Assembly: GCA_023391635.1 (NCBI GenBank)
Contig: JAEWAQ010000058.1
Location: forward strand, 89,429-153,428
Direction: 5' to 3'
Source: Bacillota bacterium
Lineage (GTDB): Bacteria; Bacillota; Bacilli; Paenibacillales; Paenibacillaceae
Length of the DNA stretch: 64,000 nucleotides
Shown here one piece after another: positions 10,384-19,470 of the stretch. The number at the start of each line of letters is the position of its first letter. The stretch's first letter is position 1. The notes beneath the pieces were generated by a model that did not search any database, was not told where the DNA came from, and worked only from the letters and a program-made list of their open reading frames with translations. The position numbers and the translations under genes were made by a program.

Positions 10384-10434
10384 ACCGCGTGCATGAATCG
10401 GACAACTGAATTCGACCCAAGGGAGGAAACGGCA

Positions 10435-11745
10435 ATGAACGGCAGAAAAAAATACGGACTGCTAACATCGGTCATCTTGATGGTCCTGTTGACCGCTTGC
10501 GGCGGCGGGAGCGCGAGCAATACGGAAGGAAACGGCGCGAAGGATGGGCAGGCAAGCCAGCCTGCAAGCTCTGCGGACAGCGCCAAGCTGCAAGTTTTTC
10601 ATTACAAGATTGAAGTGGCCGAACAATGGGAAGCGATGTCGCGCGAATTCGAGCGGGAGCATCCCGGCATTATTGTCGACTCCGACATCATAGGCGGCGG
10701 GGCCGACTGGCATACCAATTTGCAAACCAGATTCGGCGCCGGCATGGGCCCGGACATCTTCGTCGTCGACGGTCCCAGCATGATGGAGCTCTACAAGGAT
10801 CGATTGACGGACCTGTCGAACGAACCGTGGGTCAAGGAGGCGTTCCCCTTCGCCCTGGAGACGTTCTCCCGCGACGGCAAGCTGCTCGGCATGCCTTACA
10901 CGATGTCCGGATACGGTCTTGTTTACAACAAGGAGTTGTTCAAGCAAGCGGGTATTACCGAGGAGCCTCACACGTTGTCCCAACTGCGCGAAGCCGCAGA
11001 GAAGCTGCAGGCCATCGGCGTAACGCCTTTCGGCAATGCTTACGGCGAAGCATGGGTGCTGGGGCAGCAGCAATTCAATGTCGCCTTTGCCCAACAGCCG
11101 GATCCCATTCAATTCATGGCATCGCTTAGAGACAAAACCGCTACTATCGCAGGCAATTCGATTTTCAAAGACTATGAGCAGTTTCTCCAGCTCACGTTGG
11201 AATACGGGAATCCCAATCCGGTCACCGCCGATTATAATTCCGTGCTCAGCATGTTCGCCAAGGGCGAGGTTGCCATCATTCACCAAGGATACTGGATCGA
11301 GCCGACGATCAACAAGTCCAACCCGGATCTGCATATGGGCATGTTCCCTGTGCCGATCAATGACGATGCCGGGCAGATGAACCGGCTGCCGACGGCAGCT
11401 TCCTTCGCCTTCGTCATCAACAATGAATCGAAGCACATCGAGGAAGCCAAGACGTTCCTGAACTGGTTGGTTTCATCGGAGACGGGCCAGCGCTATTTTA
11501 CGGAGGAGTTCAGGTTTCTCCCGACATTCAGCCACATCAACATGAAAGATCCGGGAGAGTTGGGACAAATCGTGCTGGATTATTCCCAGGACAACCGCAC
11601 GATTCCATGGACCTTCTCGCTCTGGCCCAATGGCGCGTTTCAGGAATTTTTCAGCATCAAGCAAGGCTATATTGCGAACCAATACAATTATGATACAATG
11701 CTGGAAAAACTGGACGCGGTGTGGTCCGATCTGAGCCAGCCGTAA
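10435..11745 (+). CDS. extracellular solute-binding lipoprotein (ABC sugar SBP, family 1)
   Basis: ATG 10435 follows AAGGGAGGAA. Signal peptide plus lipobox (VILMVLLTACGGG). Typical SBP size of about 436 aa. Confidence 0.85.
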   Translation: MNGRKKYGLLTSVILMVLLTACGGGSASNTEGNGAKDGQASQPASSADSAKLQVFHYKIEVAEQWEAMSREFEREHPGIIVDSDIIGGGADWHTNLQTRFGAGMGPDIFVVDGPSMMELYKDRLTDLSNEPWVKEAFPFALETFSRDGKLLGMPYTMSGYGLVYNKELFKQAGITEEPHTLSQLREAAEKLQAIGVTPFGNAYGEAWVLGQQQFNVAFAQQPDPIQFMASLRDKTATIAGNSIFKDYEQFLQLTLEYGNPNPVTADYNSVLSMFAKGEVAIIHQGYWIEPTINKSNPDLHMGMFPVPINDDAGQMNRLPTAASFAFVINNESKHIEEAKTFLNWLVSSETGQRYFTEEFRFLPTFSHINMKDPGELGQIVLDYSQDNRTIPWTFSLWPNGAFQEFFSIKQGYIANQYNYDTMLEKLDAVWSDLSQP

Positions 11746-11836
11746 CCTGATCGGTTTCGCCGGACAGCCCCCGCTGCCGGCGGAGCCGATTCGCCGTCTG
11801 TCTGCCGCGCATACTGCCACCCGGAGGAAGGCCGCC

Positions 11837-13630
11837 ATGAGGTTCATTCGATCCAGCATTCGCAACAAGATGGTTCTGGCGCTGATGATCGTGACGATCA
11901 TCCCGTTCTCGCTGTCCCTGATGGCGACCTATTTCCAAACGAAGCAGAATGTGTATCGCAGCGCGGTTCACGCCAATTCCGACTTGCTGTCGAACGCCAG
12001 CTTGTTGTTCGCCTTGTATCTGGAGCAAGTCAGCCAAAGCAGTCTGCTGCCTTACGGCAAAGTCCGGATGATGGATTTCATTCGTACCGGCATCCCGGAT
12101 CTGAATTTCGAAAAGCTGAGCCGAATGGATGAGACCTTGCAGACGATCTTGCACGCGAGCGATTCGTTCCGGTCGGTCAAGCTCTACAGCCTGGCGTCCA
12201 ATCAAGAATTTCATATCTCGAGGATGAGCGCGATCCGCATTGGCGCGCAAGAACAACGCGATTCGTACATGCGCTTGTTCTTGGAGGCGATGGACAATCC
12301 CTATTACGTTCATATCCGTCCCGAGCCTGGGCTGGCCCCTGCGGCATCGCCGACCGTTTATTTTCAGCGGGCCTATATTTATTCGCCTCAAAAAACGTTC
12401 ATCGGCTTCCTCTCCATCGAGCTTGACAGGCAACTGCTTAAGCAACTGAGTGAAAATCTGTTCACCCCGGGCGAGAGCGATGTTTACGTCCTGAACAATC
12501 AGGGGGAAGTCGTCTATACCTCCGACACGCAGGCGGATCGCGAATCCGGCTTGTTCGGGGAAATCAAAGACAGGCCGGACGGGAACGGCCATATGGAATG
12601 GGAGCGCGAAGGCGCCAGAAGCCTGATCCACTACAGGAGGCTCGGCGATCACCTCGGCGGGCTCATTCTCGTCAAGAAAACGTCGATCGATGCGATGATG
12701 CAAGACGGCAGGAATGTGATGAAAGTGCAAGCAGGCCTCATCCTGGCTACCTTCTCCCTTGTGCTGATCACGGTTGTGCTCGTATCGGTGCGCATCGTAT
12801 CGCCGATTCGGCGGCTTGTTCGCCATATTCGAAAAATTAAAGCGGGCGCCATGGAGGACGAGCTCAGCTATCTGGGCCAGGACGAGATTGGCGTGCTGGG
12901 CAACGAATTCAATGCGATGATGCGGCAGATCAAGCACCTGATCCGGACGGAGTACGAGTTGAAGCTGCGCAACAAGATCAATGAGCTGAAGGCACTCCAG
13001 GCGCAGATCAACCCGCACTTTCTCCATAACGCGCTGCAATCCATTGCAGGGGTGGTGTACGATTCACAGGATAAGAAGGCGTACCGGCTCGTCGCCTCCT
13101 TGTCCCGCATGCTGCGATTCAGCATGGATCAGACGGAAACCAGCGTGACGCTCGAGCGCGAGATGGCGCATGTGCGCGCCTATCTGGAGCTGCAGCAGCA
13201 CAGGTTCGAGAGCGATTTGACCGTGTATTTCGATCTGGACCCGTCAGTGCTCCATTGTTCGGTACCCAAAATGTCGATCCAGCCCCTGGTTGAAAATTAT
13301 TTCAAGCATGCATTTCACAAGCATCACAAGCAAGGGATGCTGCGAATAACGGGGACGATCCGGGGAGATCGGGCGATATTGACGGTTTCCGATAACGGGT
13401 GCGGCATGACGCAGGCGAAGATCGACAGCATCGGCGAGGCGATGCGTTCGCCTTCCACTCGTCAGGACAGCGAGATCGGCTTGCTGAACATTTTGCAGCG
13501 TTTCCGGTTGATCTATGGGGACGACTTCCAATACGAGCTGGCCAACAATCGGGACGGAGGCCTTGATGTGATGCTAAGCTTCCCGGCGATATCTTTGCCG
13601 GACGGCAGCGAGGAGGGCGCAGGGTCATGA
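11837..13630 (+). CDS. YesM-type sensor histidine kinase
   Basis: GGAGGAAGG SD. Two TM segments, a HAMP region, ALQAQINPHFLHNAL H-box and VSDNGCGM ATPase block. Confidence 0.85.
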   Translation: MRFIRSSIRNKMVLALMIVTIIPFSLSLMATYFQTKQNVYRSAVHANSDLLSNASLLFALYLEQVSQSSLLPYGKVRMMDFIRTGIPDLNFEKLSRMDETLQTILHASDSFRSVKLYSLASNQEFHISRMSAIRIGAQEQRDSYMRLFLEAMDNPYYVHIRPEPGLAPAASPTVYFQRAYIYSPQKTFIGFLSIELDRQLLKQLSENLFTPGESDVYVLNNQGEVVYTSDTQADRESGLFGEIKDRPDGNGHMEWEREGARSLIHYRRLGDHLGGLILVKKTSIDAMMQDGRNVMKVQAGLILATFSLVLITVVLVSVRIVSPIRRLVRHIRKIKAGAMEDELSYLGQDEIGVLGNEFNAMMRQIKHLIRTEYELKLRNKINELKALQAQINPHFLHNALQSIAGVVYDSQDKKAYRLVASLSRMLRFSMDQTETSVTLEREMAHVRAYLELQQHRFESDLTVYFDLDPSVLHCSVPKMSIQPLVENYFKHAFHKHHKQGMLRITGTIRGDRAILTVSDNGCGMTQAKIDSIGEAMRSPSTRQDSEIGLLNILQRFRLIYGDDFQYELANNRDGGLDVMLSFPAISLPDGSEEGAGS

Positions 13631-15234
13631 AGATGCTGATCGTGGATGATGAGCGGCATGTTCGAACGCTGTTGAAGAAGATGCTGAACGTGGCGGAACT
13701 GGGCATTACCGCATTGCTGGAAGCGGGCAGCGTCGACGAAGCCTTGCGCCTGATCGAGCGGCACAGGCCGGCGATCATCTTGACGGATATGCAAATGCCC
13801 GAAACCGACGGGACTTCCTTGTTGAAAGCAATGGAAAATTGCGCTTACCCGCACAAGATGATTGTCATCAGCGCGTATGACCATTTTCAATACATGCGAA
13901 GCGCCATTCAGGGAGGAAGCTTCGACTACCTCATGAAGCCGGTTGACGAACAGGAATTGAATCATTGTCTGGCCCGGGCGATCGAGGAATTGCAGGAAGA
14001 ACAGCGCCGGAGCAACCGGGCGGCCGTCAACCAGCAGCGATTGCACGAAACGCAGGACCATTACCGGGATTCGCTGCTCACGCAATGCGTGTATCGCGAC
14101 GTTATGCTGCGACAGCATTCGCAACAAATACAGGAGATGCTCGGCTTCGATCGCGGGACGGCTTATTGTCTCGTCGCCCTGCACGTGGACTTGCGGGCTG
14201 AAGGGTTGAGCGACCGGTTCGGCGACCGGCAGGATCTGTTGTATTACGCCGTGCTTAACGCAGCCAACGAAATGATAGGCGCGCCCGATGGAGCCATCGC
14301 TTTTCGCAACTTAAGAAAAGAAGGCATTATTGTGCTGATTGTGGAGGATGTCGGGCAAGCATGGTGCTGGGCGGAAGAGATTGTCCGCTTCATCCGGGCA
14401 CGGCTGCAAGCGCCGGCCTGCGCTTATGTCAGCGAGCCTTCGGTCTTTCCTGACCGATTCTCAGCTCTGTATCAGCAGACCGAGCATATGGCCCACTCAG
14501 TCAACTTGCTCTCGCCCGCCTCTGCGGTCTATCGCCTGGAAGATGCCGGGGAGAACTCCCTAGTCTCCCTGATGTCGGAAAAGAGCCGGTTAGGGCTCAT
14601 TCTTGGCTTCGGCGATCTCGCCGGACTGGAAGACTATGCTGCCAACCTGATTCAAGCTGTGATCGGCAGCGGTGTGCTGCAAAGAAAACAATTAAGGTTA
14701 TGGGAGCAGGAATTGCGGTCTCTATGGGAGCAAATGCTTCACGGGCACCCGGATACGATGGTCACTGGCGGAGCGGACGAGCCATTCGCTCTGCCTGTCT
14801 GGCAAAGCCTGAAGGGCGTCTTCGATCTGGAAGCGTTGAAGGAGAAGCTGGTCGCTGGCCTGCACCGTCTTCAGACACGCATGCGCGCCAGGAATGCCGG
14901 GAAACAGTCCGAGCTGCTCGTCCATATCAAAAAAGCGATTGACGAACATGAGTATGTAACGCTGAACCTGAAGACGCTGTCGGACGATGTGCACTATACG
15001 CCGGATTACTTGTCCCGCCTGTTCAGGGTTCACTACGGTGTCAGCATAAAGGATTATATGAATCGGAAGCGAATGGCTTATGCCTGTGAATTGCTGACCG
15101 GCACCGAGCTGAAAATTTCCGAAGTGTCCGAGCGTCTCGGATTCGCGGATGAAAAGCATTTTAGCAAAGCCTTCAAAAAAACGATCGGCCAACGCCCTTC
15201 GCAATATCGACAACAGTTTCAAACCAAAGCCTGA
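13627..15234 (+). CDS. YesN-type response regulator with AraC HTH
   Basis: ATGA overlap with the kinase stop. Receiver motifs (MLIVDDE, AIILTDMQMP, MKP). C-terminal AraC HTH (ISEVSERLGFADEKHFSKAFKKTIGQRPSQYR). Confidence 0.85.
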   Translation: MKMLIVDDERHVRTLLKKMLNVAELGITALLEAGSVDEALRLIERHRPAIILTDMQMPETDGTSLLKAMENCAYPHKMIVISAYDHFQYMRSAIQGGSFDYLMKPVDEQELNHCLARAIEELQEEQRRSNRAAVNQQRLHETQDHYRDSLLTQCVYRDVMLRQHSQQIQEMLGFDRGTAYCLVALHVDLRAEGLSDRFGDRQDLLYYAVLNAANEMIGAPDGAIAFRNLRKEGIIVLIVEDVGQAWCWAEEIVRFIRARLQAPACAYVSEPSVFPDRFSALYQQTEHMAHSVNLLSPASAVYRLEDAGENSLVSLMSEKSRLGLILGFGDLAGLEDYAANLIQAVIGSGVLQRKQLRLWEQELRSLWEQMLHGHPDTMVTGGADEPFALPVWQSLKGVFDLEALKEKLVAGLHRLQTRMRARNAGKQSELLVHIKKAIDEHEYVTLNLKTLSDDVHYTPDYLSRLFRVHYGVSIKDYMNRKRMAYACELLTGTELKISEVSERLGFADEKHFSKAFKKTIGQRPSQYRQQFQTKA

Positions 15235-15251
15235 AGGGAGAGACGATAACG

Positions 15252-16061
15252 CTGAACGGGAATGAAATCGAAGCCGTTGTTCTGGATTTGGACGGGACCA
15301 TTCTGCGAAGCGATCTGACCATCGCGCAGGAAACCGTCGAAGCCGTGCGGCGATTAAGAGATCGGGGAATCGCCGTCTATATCGCGACAGGCAGACTGCC
15401 GAGGGCATGCCGGCACTATCATCGCAAGCTTGGACTGGATACGCCGATGATTTGCGCCAATGGCGCCATTATTTATGACTGCGCGCAAGATCATGTGCGG
15501 GTCCATCAGACGATCTCGCCGCTTCATTCGCGAGCAATTCTGGCAGACTTGCGGGGCAGGTCGCGCAATATTCTGTCTTTTCATCTGTCGGATTACTATT
15601 GCATGATCGAAGACGAGTTGGTGAGCAGGTGGACCGATCTTTACGCCACGCCGCCGCGCTATGTGGGAGACTACAGCGATCGTTTGCAGCATGAGATTAC
15701 GAAGATGGAAGTGTTCCTGGAAGACGGTTCCGCGTGGTTTCAGCCGACCGGCGATATGCAGTGGCAATCGTCTGTGAATGTATATGCCGGCCCGGGTTAT
15801 GTCGAGATTGTTCCCCGGACGGCGTCCAAATGGCTCGCTTTGCAAGTGCTGCTTGCGCAGCAAGGGATTCGGCCGGACCATACGGCCGCGTTCGGAGACA
15901 GCGACAACGACCTGGAGATGCTGACTTCCGTCGGCATCGGGGTGGCGATGGGCAATGCCCCCGCCCGGATTCGGGCACGCGTGCAGTCAGTCGCCTTATC
16001 CAACGAGGATCACGGCGTTGCCTGTAAAATAAACGAGTGGTTGGAGGGAGCATGCAGGTGA
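15252..16061 (+). CDS. Cof-type HAD-IIB phosphatase (start codon uncertain; probably non-canonical)
   Basis: HAD motif I (VVLDLDGTIL), YIATGR, and FGDSDNDLEML...GVAMGNA. The first canonical start (TTG 15288) falls inside motif I, so the true start must be upstream. CTG 15252 lies 9 nt after AAGGGAGAG. Confidence 0.6.
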   Translation: MNGNEIEAVVLDLDGTILRSDLTIAQETVEAVRRLRDRGIAVYIATGRLPRACRHYHRKLGLDTPMICANGAIIYDCAQDHVRVHQTISPLHSRAILADLRGRSRNILSFHLSDYYCMIEDELVSRWTDLYATPPRYVGDYSDRLQHEITKMEVFLEDGSAWFQPTGDMQWQSSVNVYAGPGYVEIVPRTASKWLALQVLLAQQGIRPDHTAAFGDSDNDLEMLTSVGIGVAMGNAPARIRARVQSVALSNEDHGVACKINEWLEGACR

Positions 16062-16966
16062 AACCTTCCGCGGACTTCTTCAGCATCATCGTGATTCCCG
16101 ATACGCAAGGCATGGCGCTTGCGCATCCGGAGTTGTATCGACGGTTGGGGAGCAGCGTCGCAAACCGCATCAGGGAGCTTCCGGTCAAGGCGGTGCTGCA
16201 TGTGGGCGACCTCGTGGATAACGGAGCGGACGACGAGACGCAATATCGAACGGCATACGGCGCGCTTGGCCCGATCATGCAATCGGGCGTGCCCTGCCTG
16301 TTTGCGATAGGCAATCACGATTACGACAACCTGGTGGCGCTCGATCGATCAAGTACCATGTTCAACCGTTATTTCGGCATCGGGAACTATGCCGGAAAGA
16401 CGTGGTTCGGCGGCGTCTATGAGGAAGGGCGTGCGGAGAACGCCTACCTGCTCATCAGGGAACCGCGCTGTTCGCTGCTCGTCCTGAGTCTTGAGTTCGG
16501 CCCCCGCGACGAGGTACTGGAGTGGGCGGATCACGTGATGGCAGCCCATGCGGATTGCAATGTGGTGATCGTGACGCATAGCTACCTGCACCCGCGCGGG
16601 CATCGGGTCACGGCAGCGGACGAGCTGCACCCGACGAGCTATTGCGGTTCGCGGGACGGCAATGACGGGCAAGCGATGTGGGAAAAGTCGTTATGCAAAC
16701 ATCCCAACCTGGTCGCCGTATTTTCCGGCCATCATGTGCCCGGGCATGTGAGCGCACGGGTGGATCGGGGAGCGGCCGGACAATCCGTAGCGCAGGTTTT
16801 TCAAAACTGGCAGCTGGAACCGCTCGGAGGAGCGGGCAGGTACCGGATCGCCGACTTTTACCCGCATGAGGGCAAGCTCGGGCTGTCCGTGTACAACGCC
16901 GCCGCCGACCGATACGAGCACGAGGACGGCTACGAGGCAGTTCTGCCGATCCGCCTGTTACCCTGA
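16052..16966 (+). CDS. calcineurin-like metallophosphoesterase
   Basis: Motifs VIPDTQG, HVGDLVDNG, GNHDYD and VVIVTHSYLH. GGAGGGAG SD upstream. Overlaps the HAD stop by 10 nt. Confidence 0.75.
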   Translation: MQVKPSADFFSIIVIPDTQGMALAHPELYRRLGSSVANRIRELPVKAVLHVGDLVDNGADDETQYRTAYGALGPIMQSGVPCLFAIGNHDYDNLVALDRSSTMFNRYFGIGNYAGKTWFGGVYEEGRAENAYLLIREPRCSLLVLSLEFGPRDEVLEWADHVMAAHADCNVVIVTHSYLHPRGHRVTAADELHPTSYCGSRDGNDGQAMWEKSLCKHPNLVAVFSGHHVPGHVSARVDRGAAGQSVAQVFQNWQLEPLGGAGRYRIADFYPHEGKLGLSVYNAAADRYEHEDGYEAVLPIRLLP

Positions 16967-17008
16967 CGTTGATTCATATTTCTTGGGCAGTATAATAAAT
17001 AAAACTCA

Positions 17009-17400
17009 TTAAGCGGCCTTTGTCCTGTACTCCATGGGGCTTAGGCCGTTTAATTTTGCTTCCCGGCCCAACCAAACCGGGCATTTCCGGCTCGCAGGGG
17101 CTCCGAGCGCCGAGTTACCCAACCCAATTCGCCACTTGCTGCGGCGTAGAGGGCTCATGTCGCTTTTTCTTCCTGCGGATGACCCGATTGAATGCATTCC
17201 GCACGAAGCGTCGCTCTTTCGCATAGCCATCCATCGCAACGGAACACAGAGCCTTTATCCGGTGAAGAGGGTTCGCTCTGGATTTCAACGGAACCTAGGG
17301 CCGTTATTCCGCGGTTTTACAGTGATTTTGGCAACGTTTGTCGCTGATAAAGGCCTGTCGTTCCGTTAGCTATTCCAAAACACCGTGTACAGCCGATTAA
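17009..17400 (-). mobile_element. degenerate transposase (integrase-core, IS3-like) C-terminal remnant
   Basis: The minus-strand reading ends ...GREAKLNGLSPMEYRTKAA*, which is typical of transposase C-termini of this class. Upstream pieces (ERATLRAECI, GLGNSALG) are spread over three frames with stops. No intact ORF and no inverted repeats were identified. Confidence 0.4.
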
Positions 17401-17467
17401 GGCTTCTGGGTTCCGTTACGCTGCCTGCACAGGTTGTTTGGCCCGATCCACTATAATTCGACAGTCT

Positions 17468-18099
17468 CTAAATGCTGTTTAACAGCTCTTTTTGCAGGCT
17501 CAGGAAATAGTTCTTCACCGTTTGCCATTCAAGCGGCCGAAGCATCCGGGGCATAGGCTCTTGTTCTGCATCGTCGAAATAAACCAGGCTTTTGACAATG
17601 TGATAGTAGTTGATCGTGCGCTGTGGAAACTTGCTCGACAGACATTGCAGCAAGGATATAATCGTGACGCCGTTGCGCTCGAGTTCGTATAGATCGATGA
17701 AATCTTTTCTGGCCCCGCGCTGGCTGCAATCAATTTCATGGTCCCAATGTCTGTTAGGGAAGCGATACGCAAACCGGGTATTTCAATGGAAGTGATGACC
17801 GATTCAAGCAGAGGACTCGCATAATGGAGCCAGGTAACTTGAACGCCTTCGAAAATGCCGTGAAAAGTACCCGGCTTCGCCTCTGTAACGAGGAGGTTTC
17901 CTTGGCCAGCCAAGGTATTTTCAATTTGATCGGGAGAAAAGTGATCAGATGTAAACCAGTCGAAATCGATCGATTCACGATGGCCAAGCAAGAGAGCCAG
18001 TGCGGTGCCGCCGGCAAGATAACAATCAGGTACGGGAGGGGACTCGAGGATTTGCTTTAGAACGGACTGCCTGGCATGATCGATGACGTTCCAAAACAA
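17468..18099 (-). pseudogene. AbiEii/DUF1814-type nucleotidyltransferase (type IV TA toxin-like), interrupted by a 1-nt frameshift
   Basis: The N-terminal frame gives YLAGGTALALLLGHRESIDFDWF...IGTMKLIAAS. The conserved continuation, RGARKDFIDLYELERNGVTIISLL...YFDDAEQEPMP, is in another frame. The span is 632 nt (3n+2). TTG start 18099 follows an AAGGAGGAGGAA SD. Confidence 0.7.
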
Positions 18100-18362
18100 C
18101 GCATTTCCTCCTCCTTGAGGTTGAAATAATATTGCCAGTACCTTGCTGTTTTCCTGGACAAGTTGCGGCTTATCTGAACAGTCTGCCTAATATCAGCCTC
18201 CGAATAGGTTTCAAACAGCCAATGAAGCGTATGATGATCCCCTTCGTTCAGGAGGCGTTCAATAATAAAGCGTTGGTGTCGGGTCAGTTCCAATTGATCG
18301 ATATGGACATCCCAGAAGAATGGACCGAAGTCAGCCGGAATAGGTACGTGCGGTTCAACCAT
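18057..18362 (-). CDS. small partner protein upstream of the AbiEii-like gene (putative antitoxin-like; family not named)
   Basis: ATG 18362 follows an AGGAGAGG SD. Motifs FFWDVHIDQLELTRHQRFIIERLLNEGD...HWLFETY. Overlaps the start of the NTase gene by 43 nt. Confidence 0.5.
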   Translation of the reverse strand: MVEPHVPIPADFGPFFWDVHIDQLELTRHQRFIIERLLNEGDHHTLHWLFETYSEADIRQTVQISRNLSRKTARYWQYYFNLKEEEMRCFGTSSIMPGSPF

Positions 18363-18552
18363 CGGATCCTCTCCTGAGTCAGACTTTTTACTACTACTAT
18401 TATTGTACGATTTTGAGAGCGCCAAACCAAGCCTTTCTATAGTTTATCCAATGCCTATCTTTATTACGTGGAATGTTGCAGGCGGAGCTTCGTTTTATAA
18501 TTTAGCCATAAGAGCCGGAACCATCGGCAAAGAGAAAGAAAGGAACTATCGA

Positions 18553-19452
18553 ATGGCGAGAAAACAATATTACCCCTATCTGATCATGACGGTTCCATTC
18601 TTTTTATTGGTTGTGCTGTTCAATTACGTTCCTCTATGGGGATGGGTGCTCGCTTTTGTGGATTATTCGCCGGGCAGGAGCATTGTCGATTCTCCATTCG
18701 CCGGACTCAAGTATTTCCGCCAATTGTTCGACAGCACTTCCGATTTCCGGTTGGTGCTGCGCAATACGCTCGTTCTCAGCTTTCTGCAATTGATGCTGAC
18801 GCCGCTGCCGGTCATACTGGCGATCATGATTACGAATGTTCGCAAGCGCTGGTATTCCAGGATCGTCCAGACGGTAACTTCTTTTCCGCACTTTACGTCC
18901 TGGATTATCGTATATTCCGTGTTCTTCGCGTTCTTCTCCATCGATGACGGCGCCTTGAACAAGCTGCTGTACAGCACGCTTCATTGGATCGGCGAGCCGA
19001 CGAACCTGCTGGCTGACGCGAGATACTCCTGGTGGATGATGACCTTCGCCACCTTATGGAAGACAGCCGGCTGGACGGCGATCATCTATATCGCGGCCAT
19101 TACCGGCATCGATCAGGAGCAATATCAGGCGGCAGAGGTGGATGGCGCGAATCGCTGGCAGCAAGCGCTGCACATTACCGTGCCGGGAATCATGCCGACC
19201 TTCACCATTCTGCTGTTGATCAATATCGGCAATATGCTCAATATCGGATTCGACCAATATTACGTGTTTCATAATGCGCTCGTTCATGATCGGATCGAGG
19301 TGATCGACACGTACACCTATCGGATCGGACTTACGCAGCTTAATTTCTCCTATGCGACCGCTGCAGGCATTTTCAAATCGTTCGTCAGCATCACTTTGCT
19401 CTTTGCGGCGAACCGCTTTTCCAAATTGGCAACCGGGCATTCCATCATGTAA
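18553..19452 (+). CDS. LplB-type sugar ABC transporter permease
   Basis: ATG 18553. TM-rich, with the EAA loop (QAAEVDGANRWQQALHITVPGI). The ORF-track 5' extension has no support. Confidence 0.85.
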   Translation: MARKQYYPYLIMTVPFFLLVVLFNYVPLWGWVLAFVDYSPGRSIVDSPFAGLKYFRQLFDSTSDFRLVLRNTLVLSFLQLMLTPLPVILAIMITNVRKRWYSRIVQTVTSFPHFTSWIIVYSVFFAFFSIDDGALNKLLYSTLHWIGEPTNLLADARYSWWMMTFATLWKTAGWTAIIYIAAITGIDQEQYQAAEVDGANRWQQALHITVPGIMPTFTILLLINIGNMLNIGFDQYYVFHNALVHDRIEVIDTYTYRIGLTQLNFSYATAAGIFKSFVSITLLFAANRFSKLATGHSIM

Positions 19453-19470
19453 AGAAAGGAGAGGCTTGTC

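Noticed and set aside
17228-17430. Four copies of the octamer AACGGAAC (two per strand) around the transposase remnant; considered as IS termini or a structured RNA.
   Set aside because: The motif is short, and the copies have no consistent spacing or extended flanking similarity. It may simply reflect decayed coding sequence (a ...TNG... codon context). This is not enough to call a feature.
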